Positions 29,457 through 38,192 of a stretch of 64,000 nt of DNA are shown piece by piece (within the stretch, counting starts at the first letter, position 1; the number at the start of each line of letters is the position of its first letter). The notes under the pieces are model-generated. The model was not told the origin of the DNA, ran no database searches, and saw only the letters and a list, made by a program, of their open reading frames with translations. The DNA is from Vicinamibacteria bacterium (lineage in GTDB: Bacteria > Acidobacteriota > Vicinamibacteria > Marinacidobacterales > Marinacidobacteraceae): assembly GCA_963668695.2 (NCBI GenBank), contig CAXXLQ010000004.1:2016001-2080000 (forward strand), in the 5' to 3' direction. Position numbers and translations under genes: made by a program.

Positions 29457-30535
29457 GACTCGCCGTCCGCTTCGATCGGCGTGGACAGCGTCCCGATCCC
29501 CTCGATCTCGATGTGGACCGTCTGGCCCGGACTCAGGAACTCCGGCGGTTCGCGCCCCGACCCGACCCCGTCCGGGGTGCCGGTGGCGATCACGTCACCC
29601 GGGTGGAGGGTCATGATCTGACTCGCGTAGGCGACGAGGTGGGCGACCGAATAGATCATGTCGGCGGTGGCGCCGTCCTGTACCACCCGATCGTCGATCC
29701 GGGTGGTGAGGCGAAGCGCCTGGGGATCGGGAAGGAAGGCGCTCGGGGTGACGTAGGGACCCATGGGGGCGGCGCGGTCGCCGCTCTTGCCGGAGAACCA
29801 GTCGGGTCCGGGCAGCATCGGGTTCTCGCGATAGCGCCCGCCCCGGTCGCTCACGTCGAAGACGACGGTGTAGCCGAACACGTAGTCGAGGGCCTCATCG
29901 AGCGGGACCCGGCGGGCCGTCTTTCCGATGACCACCCCGAGTTCGCCTTCCCAGTCGATCCGGTCGCGGCCGGGCGGGATCCGGTAGGCCTCTCCCGTTC
30001 CGATGATCCCCGAGCGGGCGGACTTGGCGAAGAGGTAGGGCGCGTCCCGGTCCGGGTCCACCTCCTGCTCCACGTTCATTTCGGCGGCGTGCGAGCGGTA
30101 GTTCGCGGCCGCCGCCAGCAGGTTCGCCGGGTAGAGGAGCGGCGCGGTCAGCCGATGCGGCTCGACGCGGAAGCGGAACCCGTCCTCGCGACCCTCGAAA
30201 TGGTTGGCGAGCTGGTTCAGCCGGGCGGTGGCGGAGTCCCCGGCGGCGATCACCGCGATCAGGTCTTCGGCGAAGCCGAACGGCGAGGCGCCGGTCTCGG
30301 TGGCGAAGAGGGCGTCGGCGGCGGCGAGGTCCAGCATGGTGTCCCCGATGACGATCGCCGGACGGGGCGCCCCGTCGCCGGCGTCCGAGGCGCGGTAGGT
30401 GGCCAGCCGGTAGGGAGTCAGGGGATCGGGGGAAGGCAGCGCGATGTCGCTCGAGCCGCCGCAGCCGGCCAGGCCGAGGAGAATTCCGGCCGCCGCCAGG
30501 ATCCCGGTGGACGCTTTCTTTCGAACGGAGAACAT
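29453..30535 (-). CDS. Fumarylacetoacetate hydrolase family protein with lipoprotein signal
   Basis: IDWEGELGVVIG, GDVIATGTPDGVG; N-terminal LAGC lipobox. Confidence 0.88.
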   Translation of the reverse strand: MFSVRKKASTGILAAAGILLGLAGCGGSSDIALPSPDPLTPYRLATYRASDAGDGAPRPAIVIGDTMLDLAAADALFATETGASPFGFAEDLIAVIAAGDSATARLNQLANHFEGREDGFRFRVEPHRLTAPLLYPANLLAAAANYRSHAAEMNVEQEVDPDRDAPYLFAKSARSGIIGTGEAYRIPPGRDRIDWEGELGVVIGKTARRVPLDEALDYVFGYTVVFDVSDRGGRYRENPMLPGPDWFSGKSGDRAAPMGPYVTPSAFLPDPQALRLTTRIDDRVVQDGATADMIYSVAHLVAYASQIMTLHPGDVIATGTPDGVGSGREPPEFLSPGQTVHIEIEGIGTLSTPIEADGES

Positions 30536-30607
30536 GATCCGATTAGCCTATCCGAGCGTTCTCGCGTCTGCCGGCCCCGGTGGCCGGATTTCCCGTGGAG
30601 GGATCCC

Positions 30608-30979
30608 ATGCTGCGTCTGCTTCTCGTCCTCTCTCTCGGCCTGCTGGTCGGGTTCGCTTCCGGTTCCCGCTTCGCCGGCGGGCAGGAGCAGCGTTCCCGC
30701 CGCGAGCCGCAGTTCGAAAACGAACATCTCAAGGTCTGGAAGACGCTCGTCTACCCGGACCAGCCGCTCTCCATGCACCGTCACGAGAACGGCCGCGCGA
30801 TCGTGGCGCTCCGGGGCGGAACCCTCCACGTAGTGACCGAGGAGGGGAAGGAAAAGGCCATGCACTGGGAGGACGGCAAGGCCTACTGGCTCGACGCCGA
30901 CCCGCCGGGCGAACTGCACGGGGACGTGAACCGGGGGGCCGATCCCATCGAGGTCATCGTCCTCGAACTTCAGCGCTGA
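30608..30979 (+). CDS. Secreted cupin-fold protein
   Basis: Signal peptide; FENEHLKVW, MHRH, HGDVN; GGAGG RBS. Confidence 0.75.
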   Translation: MLRLLLVLSLGLLVGFASGSRFAGGQEQRSRREPQFENEHLKVWKTLVYPDQPLSMHRHENGRAIVALRGGTLHVVTEEGKEKAMHWEDGKAYWLDADPPGELHGDVNRGADPIEVIVLELQR

Positions 30980-30981
30980 GC

Positions 30982-32034
30982 GTGAGCCCCACGGAGCGCA
31001 GGCCGGTCGGGTTCGGCCTGATCGGGACCGGGATGGCGGGCGGCTTCAGCGCCCGCGAGCTGGAGTTCGTCGAGGGCGGGTTCCTGGCCGCGGTCTGCTC
31101 CCGCGACCCGGAGGGGGTCCGCGCCTTCGCGGCCGAGCACGGGAACCCCCGCGCCTACACCGACTACCGCGATCTGATCGCCGATCCGGAGGTGGAGGTG
31201 GTGGTCATCACCAGTCCCACCGGCCTCCACGCGGAGATGACCCTGGCGGCGGCGGACGCCGGGCGCCACGTGCTGGTCGAGAAGCCACTGGAAGCGACGG
31301 TCGAGGCGGGCGAGCGGATGGTTGAGCACTGCCGGCAACGGGGAGTGCGGCTCGGGGTGATCTTCCAGATGCGCTTCGGGCGGGTTGCGGACATGCTCCG
31401 GGAGCTGCTCGGAAGCGGGGGGCTCGGCGAGATCTGGCTGGCCGACGCCTTCGACAAGGCGAGCCGGTCCCCGTCCTACTACCGGCGGGCGGCCTGGCGC
31501 GGTACCGCCGCGCTCGAGGGCGGCGGCTGCCTGATGACCCAGTCCATCCACATCATTGATCTCCTCCAGCACCTCGTGGGGCCGGTCGCCTCGGTAATCG
31601 GGCGGACCGCCACCCGGCGGCACGCGATCGAGGTGGAGGACGTCGCCACCGCGATGCTCCGTTTCGAAAATGGCGCGATGGGGGTCGTGGAGAGCACCAC
31701 CGCGATCCGGCCCGCGCTCCGTTCGCGGCTCGAGATCCACGGCGAGCGGGGGACGGTGATCGCGAACGCGCAGTACGACCAGTTCCTGGTGTGGGACGTC
31801 GAAGGCGTCCCCGGGCCCGAAGGACTGCCGGAGAGTACGGACTGGGTGGATACCGACGACCCCTGGGCCTACCCGCAGACGCGCCACCGGGTGCAGCTTC
31901 AGGACATGGCGGACGCGGTGCGGGAGGGGAGGGATCCGGTGCTCACCGGGGAGGAAGCGCTCCGCTCCCTCCGGGTGGTGAAGGCGATTCAGCAGTCCTC
32001 CGCGCTCGGCCGCGAAGTCTTCTTGAAGACATAG
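30982..32034 (+). CDS. Gfo/Idh/MocA oxidoreductase
   Basis: IGTGMAG, HVLVEKP, GGGCLMTQSIHIID. Confidence 0.9.
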   Translation: MSPTERRPVGFGLIGTGMAGGFSARELEFVEGGFLAAVCSRDPEGVRAFAAEHGNPRAYTDYRDLIADPEVEVVVITSPTGLHAEMTLAAADAGRHVLVEKPLEATVEAGERMVEHCRQRGVRLGVIFQMRFGRVADMLRELLGSGGLGEIWLADAFDKASRSPSYYRRAAWRGTAALEGGGCLMTQSIHIIDLLQHLVGPVASVIGRTATRRHAIEVEDVATAMLRFENGAMGVVESTTAIRPALRSRLEIHGERGTVIANAQYDQFLVWDVEGVPGPEGLPESTDWVDTDDPWAYPQTRHRVQLQDMADAVREGRDPVLTGEEALRSLRVVKAIQQSSALGREVFLKT

Positions 32035-32387
32035 GAGCGCCGGTGTTCACACCGGCATCGCGGCCGCAGGCCGCGAAACTCCCACCGCCAATCTCACCGA
32101 TTGACCAGACCTAGCAGCCTGTGGTGAAACCCGGAAGGCATCCATTCGCGGCGCGCAGCGCCGCGGGGGTGGGGTGTGGGGAGGGGTTTCCCCTCCCCAC
32201 GAAAGACGGTGGTGCGAATCGCGCAGCGATTCGCACCACCAACCCGTGGGGAAAGCGCCCCGCACGCACACAAACCGACGGATTCGCCGCGCGCGACCTC
32301 CTCGGGCTCGTGCGGGGTGCTTTCACCACGGGCTGCTAACCGGGGACGGCGAAACGCCGTGGGGACGCGTGGGTGGCGTTGCGCCAC
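32032..32387 (+). repeat. Family C element interrupted by a MITE
   Basis: taggagcgccggtgttcacaccggc...aaactccc...accTA and TAaccggggacggcgaaacgcc halves match the uninterrupted copy at 21682-21830 (- strand). Confidence 0.75.
32114..32336. mobile_element. MITE with family-A-type ends and family B interior, TA duplication
   Basis: TA-GCAGCCTGTGGTGAAA...TTTCACCACGGGCTGC-TA; interior matches 46530-46950. Confidence 0.8.
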
Positions 32388-32393
32388 CCTTCC

Positions 32394-33713
32394 CTACCCC
32401 CGATCCACCGCCAATACCGCCCGTCGCAGCAGATCCACCCCCCGGGCGCAGTCTTCCCAGGACGTCCACTCGTCGGGGGCGTGGCTGATCCCGCTCCGGC
32501 TGGGGACGAAGATCATCCCCGTGGGGATGCCGTGCCGGGCGGTGTTCTGGGCGTCGTGGCCGGCGCGGCTCGGGAGCGAGAGCGGCTCGTGACCCGCCTC
32601 CCGGGCGACTCGGTAGAGCAGCGCCCGGAGCCCGGGATCCATGTCGGCGGGAGGCTCGCGGAGCGTCCGGTGGATCGCGACCGCGCAGTCCGTGGCTTCG
32701 GCCAACCGGGTTCCCCGCGCCCCGATCCGCTCGATGATGTCGTCCACCACCTCGTCCTTCAGGTCGCGCAGTTCGATCGGGAACCGCACGGCGCCCGGCA
32801 CCACGTTGGCCGCATCGGGCGAGACGGCGAGCTGGCCCACGTTGCCGACCTGTTCCCCCGGGAGGGCCCGGATCTCTTCGTGGACCGCGACGATCAGGTG
32901 CGCGGCGGTGAGCATGGCGTCCTTCCGTTCGGCCATCGGGGTGGTGCCGGCGTGGTTCTGGAACCCGCCGACGTTCACCTCGAACCGGTGGATTCCCACG
33001 ATGCCCTCCACGACCGCGACCCGGCAGCCCTCCCGTTCCAGGTTCCCGCCCTGCTCGATGTGGAGTTCGAAGACCGCCCGCACCCGGCGCGGGTCCAGGA
33101 CGGCGCGCTCCAGCGCCCGGGGATCGAGCCCGTAGCGCTCGATCCATTCGTGGAGGCTGAGCCCGTCCTCTCCGACCCGGTCGAGTTCGCCGGCGTGGAT
33201 GCCTCCGGTCGCGGCGCGGCTGCCGAAGAGTCCGTTCCCGAAGTGGGCGCCCTCCTCGTCGCACCAGACGACCATCTCCAGCGGGTGGCGCGTTTCCACG
33301 CGCTGCTCCGCGAGGGCGCGCAGCACTTCGAGCGCTCCCAGCACGCCGAGCGTACCGTCGTAGTGGCCGCCCCGCGGCACCGTATCGAGGTGGGACCCGA
33401 AGAGGATGGCCGGGAGGGGCTCCTTTCCCTCGCGCCGGCCGAAGAGGTTGCCGGCCGGATCGGTGCGCACGAGAAGTCCGGCGCTTTCCATCTCGCCGGT
33501 AATCCAGGCGCGCGCCGCGAGCTCGTCTTTCGAAAAGGCCAGTCGCTGGGCGCCTCCATCGGGATGGGGGCCGAAGCGGGAGAGCCGGATCAGCGAGTCC
33601 TTGAGGCGTCCCGCGTTGATTCCCAGGGTCTCCTCGCCGGGCAGATCGTGTTGGAGTTCGGATTCGGTCCGTCGTCTGGGAAACTTTTGTCGTCCGTTGG
33701 ATGTTTTATCCAT
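32394..33713 (-). CDS. M20-family Zn amidohydrolase (N-carbamoyl-amino-acid/allantoate hydrolase-like)
   Basis: GSHLDTV, YDGTLGV, DEEG, ELHIEQG, HAGTTPM, AGHDA, GISHAPDE. Confidence 0.92.
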   Translation of the reverse strand: MDKTSNGRQKFPRRRTESELQHDLPGEETLGINAGRLKDSLIRLSRFGPHPDGGAQRLAFSKDELAARAWITGEMESAGLLVRTDPAGNLFGRREGKEPLPAILFGSHLDTVPRGGHYDGTLGVLGALEVLRALAEQRVETRHPLEMVVWCDEEGAHFGNGLFGSRAATGGIHAGELDRVGEDGLSLHEWIERYGLDPRALERAVLDPRRVRAVFELHIEQGGNLEREGCRVAVVEGIVGIHRFEVNVGGFQNHAGTTPMAERKDAMLTAAHLIVAVHEEIRALPGEQVGNVGQLAVSPDAANVVPGAVRFPIELRDLKDEVVDDIIERIGARGTRLAEATDCAVAIHRTLREPPADMDPGLRALLYRVAREAGHEPLSLPSRAGHDAQNTARHGIPTGMIFVPSRSGISHAPDEWTSWEDCARGVDLLRRAVLAVDRG

Positions 33714-33750
33714 ACGGCACTGATTCTCTCTCCGTCCCGGACTTTCCTCC

Positions 33751-34440
33751 ATGTTCTTCTTTGATCCTCTCTATTTCCTGATGCTGGCGCCCGCCATCGC
33801 GCTCACCCTGTGGGCGACGTTCAAGGTGAAGCGCACCTTCGCCCGCTACAACCGGGTCCCGGTCTCGAGCGGACGCAGCGGCCGCGAGACCGCCGAGATG
33901 CTGCTCCGCCGCCAGGGCATCCATATCCCCGTGGAGCAGCACCCGGGAGCGCTTTCCGACCACTACGACCCCCGTGTCCGGGTGCTCCGGCTCTCGCCCG
34001 AGGTGTACGGCGGACGGACGGTGGGAGCGGTGGCGGTGGCCGCCCACGAGGTCGGGCACGCCATGCAGCACCACGCCGGCTATCAGCCGCTGATGTTCCG
34101 TCAGGTTCTCGCGCGGCCGGCGAGTTTCGCTTCGAACATCTCCATTTTCCTGCTGATCGGCGGCTTCCTGTTCGGAGCTCTCGGGTTGGTTCAGCTCGGA
34201 ATCGCGCTCTTCTCGCTCGTCGTGCTGTTCCAGGTGGTGACACTGCCGGTGGAACTGAACGCTTCCCGGCGCGCCAAGGCGCTCGTCTGGGAAACCGGGA
34301 TCATCACCCCCGAAGAACGGCATGGCGTGTCCAAAGTACTGAGCGCCGCCGCGATGACCTACGTCGCCGCCGCTCTCACGGGCATCCTGACCCTGCTCTA
34401 CTACCTGCTCCGCTCCGGCTTTCTCGGCGGCGACGAATAA
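33751..34440 (+). CDS. Membrane zinc metallopeptidase (YugP-like)
   Basis: LSDHYDP, AAHEVGHA, TLPVELNAS, AAMTYVAA. Confidence 0.92.
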   Translation: MFFFDPLYFLMLAPAIALTLWATFKVKRTFARYNRVPVSSGRSGRETAEMLLRRQGIHIPVEQHPGALSDHYDPRVRVLRLSPEVYGGRTVGAVAVAAHEVGHAMQHHAGYQPLMFRQVLARPASFASNISIFLLIGGFLFGALGLVQLGIALFSLVVLFQVVTLPVELNASRRAKALVWETGIITPEERHGVSKVLSAAAMTYVAAALTGILTLLYYLLRSGFLGGDE

Positions 34441-34679
34441 ACGTCGCAGCGAACTCCGTTCGCTGCCCGCGTTTTCGGGGGAAAGTGTGAAAGGGGGGAT
34501 TCTCCCCTTTCACAAAACGGTAACGACGAATCGGAACTCGCCGCCGCCCGCCGCAGGCGGGCAAGGGAGTTTCGGTTCGCGGCGCGAAGCGCCGGGCGGT
34601 CCGGAACCGGGGTTCACCCCCAGTCCGTTCTACTTCCCGGACTCATTCGCGAACATGCCCCGGTTCCGGAGCGCTCGAC
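34437..34679 (+). repeat. Structured repeat family E, copy 2
   Basis: Scaffold hairpins plus terminal hairpin with unique loop; ends gctcgac. Confidence 0.78.
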
Positions 34680-34685
34680 GTGTCG

Positions 34686-34787
34686 CTGAGCGCCGCGGCG
34701 ATGACCTACGTTGCCGCGGCGCTCACCGGCGTCGTGACCCTGCTCTACTACCTGCTCCGCTCCGGCCTGCTCGGCGGCGACGACTAG
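34686..34787 (+). pseudogene. Diverged duplicate of the last 102 bp of the zinc peptidase gene
   Basis: Aligns without gaps to 34339-34440 with 11 mismatches, mostly third-position. Confidence 0.85.
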
Positions 34788-34849
34788 ACAGCGGCGGGTT
34801 CGTTCCTGGACAACCCAGACGCCTCCTCCCCTCTCAAACCCCTCCCATC

Positions 34850-34951
34850 CCGGGATGGATCGCCAGCCGAACGCCGCGTGGGTTTCATCACCGGTTGTTC
34901 AGCCGGGATGGATCGCCGGCCGAACGCCGTGTGGGTTGTGCCACAGGCTGT
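34850..34951. mobile_element. MITE family A right-end remnant (two tandem right ends)
   Basis: cgggatggatcgcc...ccacaggctgt-TA. Confidence 0.7.
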
Positions 34952-35146
34952 TATGGCACCGACCTGGCCGGGGACGGCGAGACGCTCTGCTGGCCAGCGC
35001 CCCAGGGCAGTGACGCTCCGCCCCCCGCCCTCATGGCCAGCGACAGCGGAAGCGCGTACTCCCAACCACACTTACGTGACTGGGAAGGCCACCCCCAACC
35101 CCCCGCTCCCGGACCGCAATCCCGGATGACGAACTGCCGAACGCGC

Positions 35147-35395
35147 AAGAAACTCATGGCAGCGAACTTTGTTTGCTGCCTGCGATTTCGGGGGAAAGTG
35201 TGAAAGGGGGGATTCTCCCCTTTCACAAGAAGGTAACGACCAATCGGAACTCGCCGCCGCGCGCCTTGGCGCGCAAGGGAGTTTCGATTGCCGGCGCGGA
35301 GCGCCGGGCGGTTCGGGAGCGGGGCGCTTGGATCAGGCGGCTCTGATGTTTCCGCTGCTGATTTCTTGGTGCGCCCCGCCCCCGGACCGCTCGAC
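35147..35395 (+). repeat. Structured repeat family E, copy 3
   Basis: Same scaffold; ends gctcgac directly at the stop codon of the convergent TPR gene. Confidence 0.78.
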
Positions 35396-37054
35396 CTACT
35401 GTTGCATCGTGGTTTCGCCGACCATGGCTTCCGCGTCCGCCAGCCCCGGGAGATCCGGACCGCGCTCCGGAGTGCTGAGGAGCTGTTCGAAGTAGCGGCG
35501 GGCCGCTTCCTCGTCGCCGATAGCGGCCGCGGCGCGCGCGGCGCCGTAGAGCGAATGGGGCCGCTTCGCGGTCCGCTGGAGCGAGGTCTCGAAGACTTGA
35601 AGAGCCGTTTCGGCGTCGCCGGTATCGAGCAGCATGTCGCCTAGCAGCTCGTGGGCGGGCTGGATCGGCGAATCGATGGGGGACTCGCCCGGAGGCCCGG
35701 AGGGAGGCTCCATGCCTTCCGCCACCTCCACCGCCATGCGGAAGGCCTTGAGGGCGCCGTCGCGGTCGCCCTCGGCCTTGGCGAGCACGCCCGCCATCTC
35801 GTGGGCCATCACCGCCGCCTGCTCGGCGCCGCGCGGGTTCTCGTCATTCTCGAGCATCGCTTGGATCTTCTGCAGTCCTTCGAGCGCTTTCTTCGCGGTT
35901 TCGATGTCCCCGGTCTCGGCGGCGCTAACCCCGCGGGCATAGATCATCGCGCCGGCGGTGCGGTGGCCGACCTCGGGTTCGTCGCCGTCAATTTGCGCCA
36001 CCAGATCGTCCACCGGCTCGGGCTTCCAGCGCCGCGTCTCCACCGTGTGCAGGGCATCCATGCGGAGCCAGGTCTCTTTCATCCCGCCCGTCATTTCGTC
36101 GCGCTTGGTGAGTTCCCCGAACTCGTCGAGCAACGCCTGGGAGTCGTCGTAGCGGCCCTCCTCAAGGTAGGCGTAGAGGAGCCAATAGAGCGCGTGGTAG
36201 GAGTAGCGCGCCGGTGAGAGACCCTTCTTCTCCGCGCGGTCGATCGAGGCCTGGTAGGAACGGGTGTTGAGGCCCCGAACCTGGTCCCACATCCCGTGCT
36301 GAACGAAGATGTGCGAGGGCATGTGGAGCGCGTGCACCGCCGCCGGGGCGATGTCCGAGTACTTCTCGGCCGCGTAGAGCGCCACCGGGGCGTGCACCGG
36401 GTCGTCGTAGGCGTGGATCACGTAGTGGGCCGCGCCGGGATGGTCAGGGTTCTCCCGGAACACCCGCTGGGCGATGGCGCCGGCGCGCATGTCAACCCGC
36501 TGGCTGGCTCCGCCCCGGACCCGGGTGCGCATGAGGGCGAGCGCATGGAACGCCGCCGCTTCGAGATCGTCGGGATAGGCGGCCGTCAACTCCGCCAGCG
36601 CCGCCTCGTAATCGTCACTCCGTTCCTGAAGGTCGCCGGGTCCGTAGAGGATGTGGGTCGACTCGAGATAGCGCTTCTCGCGGTCGGTCTTCGCCTTCGC
36701 GACCCGCTCGGCGCGGGTCTTCCCGAGCTTCAGCAGCGCGGCCCGCGCTTTCGACATGTCCTGTCCCGCCGGGGCGTGGTGGCCGCCGGTATGGCTCAGG
36801 GCCTCTCCCCAGTAGGCGAGCGCGAAGTCGGGGTCGGCTGCCTGGGCGCGCTGGAACGCCTCGGCGGCGTCCTCCCACTCGAAGCTGTGGAGCAGGCCGA
36901 CGCCGTCGATGAAGTCCTTTTGGGCCGCCTCGTTACCGGAGTTCGGGAACGAGATGGTGCCGAGACCGCTCGACTGGGCGAGGACGGGGGAGGCTGCGAG
37001 GGCGAGGAGGGCCGCGCCCAGCGCAGCCCGCATACAGAGTGTCCGGAAAGTCAT
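35396..37054 (-). CDS. Secreted TPR-like protein
   Basis: Signal peptide VLA/Q; GVGLLHSF, HPGAAHYVIHAYD, HALHMPSHIF. Confidence 0.8.
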   Translation of the reverse strand: MTFRTLCMRAALGAALLALAASPVLAQSSGLGTISFPNSGNEAAQKDFIDGVGLLHSFEWEDAAEAFQRAQAADPDFALAYWGEALSHTGGHHAPAGQDMSKARAALLKLGKTRAERVAKAKTDREKRYLESTHILYGPGDLQERSDDYEAALAELTAAYPDDLEAAAFHALALMRTRVRGGASQRVDMRAGAIAQRVFRENPDHPGAAHYVIHAYDDPVHAPVALYAAEKYSDIAPAAVHALHMPSHIFVQHGMWDQVRGLNTRSYQASIDRAEKKGLSPARYSYHALYWLLYAYLEEGRYDDSQALLDEFGELTKRDEMTGGMKETWLRMDALHTVETRRWKPEPVDDLVAQIDGDEPEVGHRTAGAMIYARGVSAAETGDIETAKKALEGLQKIQAMLENDENPRGAEQAAVMAHEMAGVLAKAEGDRDGALKAFRMAVEVAEGMEPPSGPPGESPIDSPIQPAHELLGDMLLDTGDAETALQVFETSLQRTAKRPHSLYGAARAAAAIGDEEAARRYFEQLLSTPERGPDLPGLADAEAMVGETTMQQ

Positions 37055-37171
37055 GTGTGGTTCTCCTTGAGGAAATGAGCGGAACGCACCCTTGTACCAG
37101 ACAGCCGGGCCGTCGGCAAGCGTCCCACCGCGCGGCGGAACCGCGGTCCGGGTCGCCCCGGTGTTGCGGGG

Positions 37172-38131
37172 TCAGCCCGAGGGGATGGGCAGCACGCTCC
37201 GGATCGGGAAGAACAGACGTCCCTCGCGTCCCGCGGCCTGCGGGAACTCCCATCCGGACACGATGCCGAGCACCCGGGGAGTGACCTCGGGCAGGGTGAT
37301 TTCGAGGATCTCGGTGTGATTCACGGCGCCTTCTTCGTCCAGGTGGACGCGGAGGCGCAGGATGCCTTCCGCGTTCCCGACCAGCGGCGACCGGAGCTCC
37401 CGCAGCCGAGGATCGTCCGGCGGCCGTAGCCGGACGGCCGGCGGCGAAGCCGGACCTTCGAGGCGCCGGAAAGTGATCCCGAACGCCAGGTAGATGTTCT
37501 GATTCCGGATACCCTCGTAAAGCTTCTCCCGGGCCGCGAGGTCGCCGGGCTCCCGGAACCACGACAGGTAGCGGCTGAGCGGTATCTCGAAGTTGAGGCC
37601 GCTGACGATCCGGGTCATTCCCGGCTCGATCGGCCCCTGCAGCTTGATTTCCTGGGCCGCGGTTCCGGTGCGGAGGAGATCGAAGTCCAGCCGGAAGCGC
37701 CCGGGCGGTCCGTTCGCCTCCGGTGTGTCCCTCCCGGAGACGGGTCCGCTTGCCCGAGCGTCTGCGGCGGCGGGCCGCACGCGCATCCGGATGGCCCGCC
37801 TGCCGTCCTGCCGTCTGATTTCCCATTTGGCCTCGGCCGCAGCCGGCGCGGGCCCGAACGTCAGGAGCTGGGCGAAGTAGGCGTCCGGGATCCGGCGGGC
37901 AAGCGTCGCGAGCCATTCGGAGACCTGGACCGAGGTTCCGTCGCTGTCCACCCCGAACGAGAGGTCTTCGATCGGGGAAAAGTCCGAGTTCAAGCGCCGG
38001 ATCTCGAAGACCCGCACCTCGACCACCAGCGGTCCGGCATCCTCTCGGCCGTCCGGGGCAGCGGCGGCCGTCCCGGCCGCGGCGGCGAACGCCAGTGCGG
38101 CGAAAACGAGGCCGCGCGCGCGCCTTTGCAT
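37172..38131 (-). CDS. Hypothetical exported protein with TonB-C-like C-terminus
   Basis: Signal peptide; EGILRLRVHLDEEGAV...WEFPQA resembles a TonB C-terminal domain. Confidence 0.5.
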   Translation of the reverse strand: MQRRARGLVFAALAFAAAAGTAAAAPDGREDAGPLVVEVRVFEIRRLNSDFSPIEDLSFGVDSDGTSVQVSEWLATLARRIPDAYFAQLLTFGPAPAAAEAKWEIRRQDGRRAIRMRVRPAAADARASGPVSGRDTPEANGPPGRFRLDFDLLRTGTAAQEIKLQGPIEPGMTRIVSGLNFEIPLSRYLSWFREPGDLAAREKLYEGIRNQNIYLAFGITFRRLEGPASPPAVRLRPPDDPRLRELRSPLVGNAEGILRLRVHLDEEGAVNHTEILEITLPEVTPRVLGIVSGWEFPQAAGREGRLFFPIRSVLPIPSG

Positions 38132-38192
38132 CCGCCGGAGTGTATGGGTTCTCCACCGCTCGGATCCCGTTCCCGCTTGCTACGCTTGCGGC

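Noticed and set aside
33737-33751. GGAGGAAAGTCCGGG on the - strand, an RNase P RNA signature
   Set aside because: Lies in a 37-bp gap between two intact divergent CDS and lacks the other conserved RNase P regions.
34339-34787. DGR template/variable repeat pair
   Set aside because: Mismatches are not adenine-specific and no reverse transcriptase is present.
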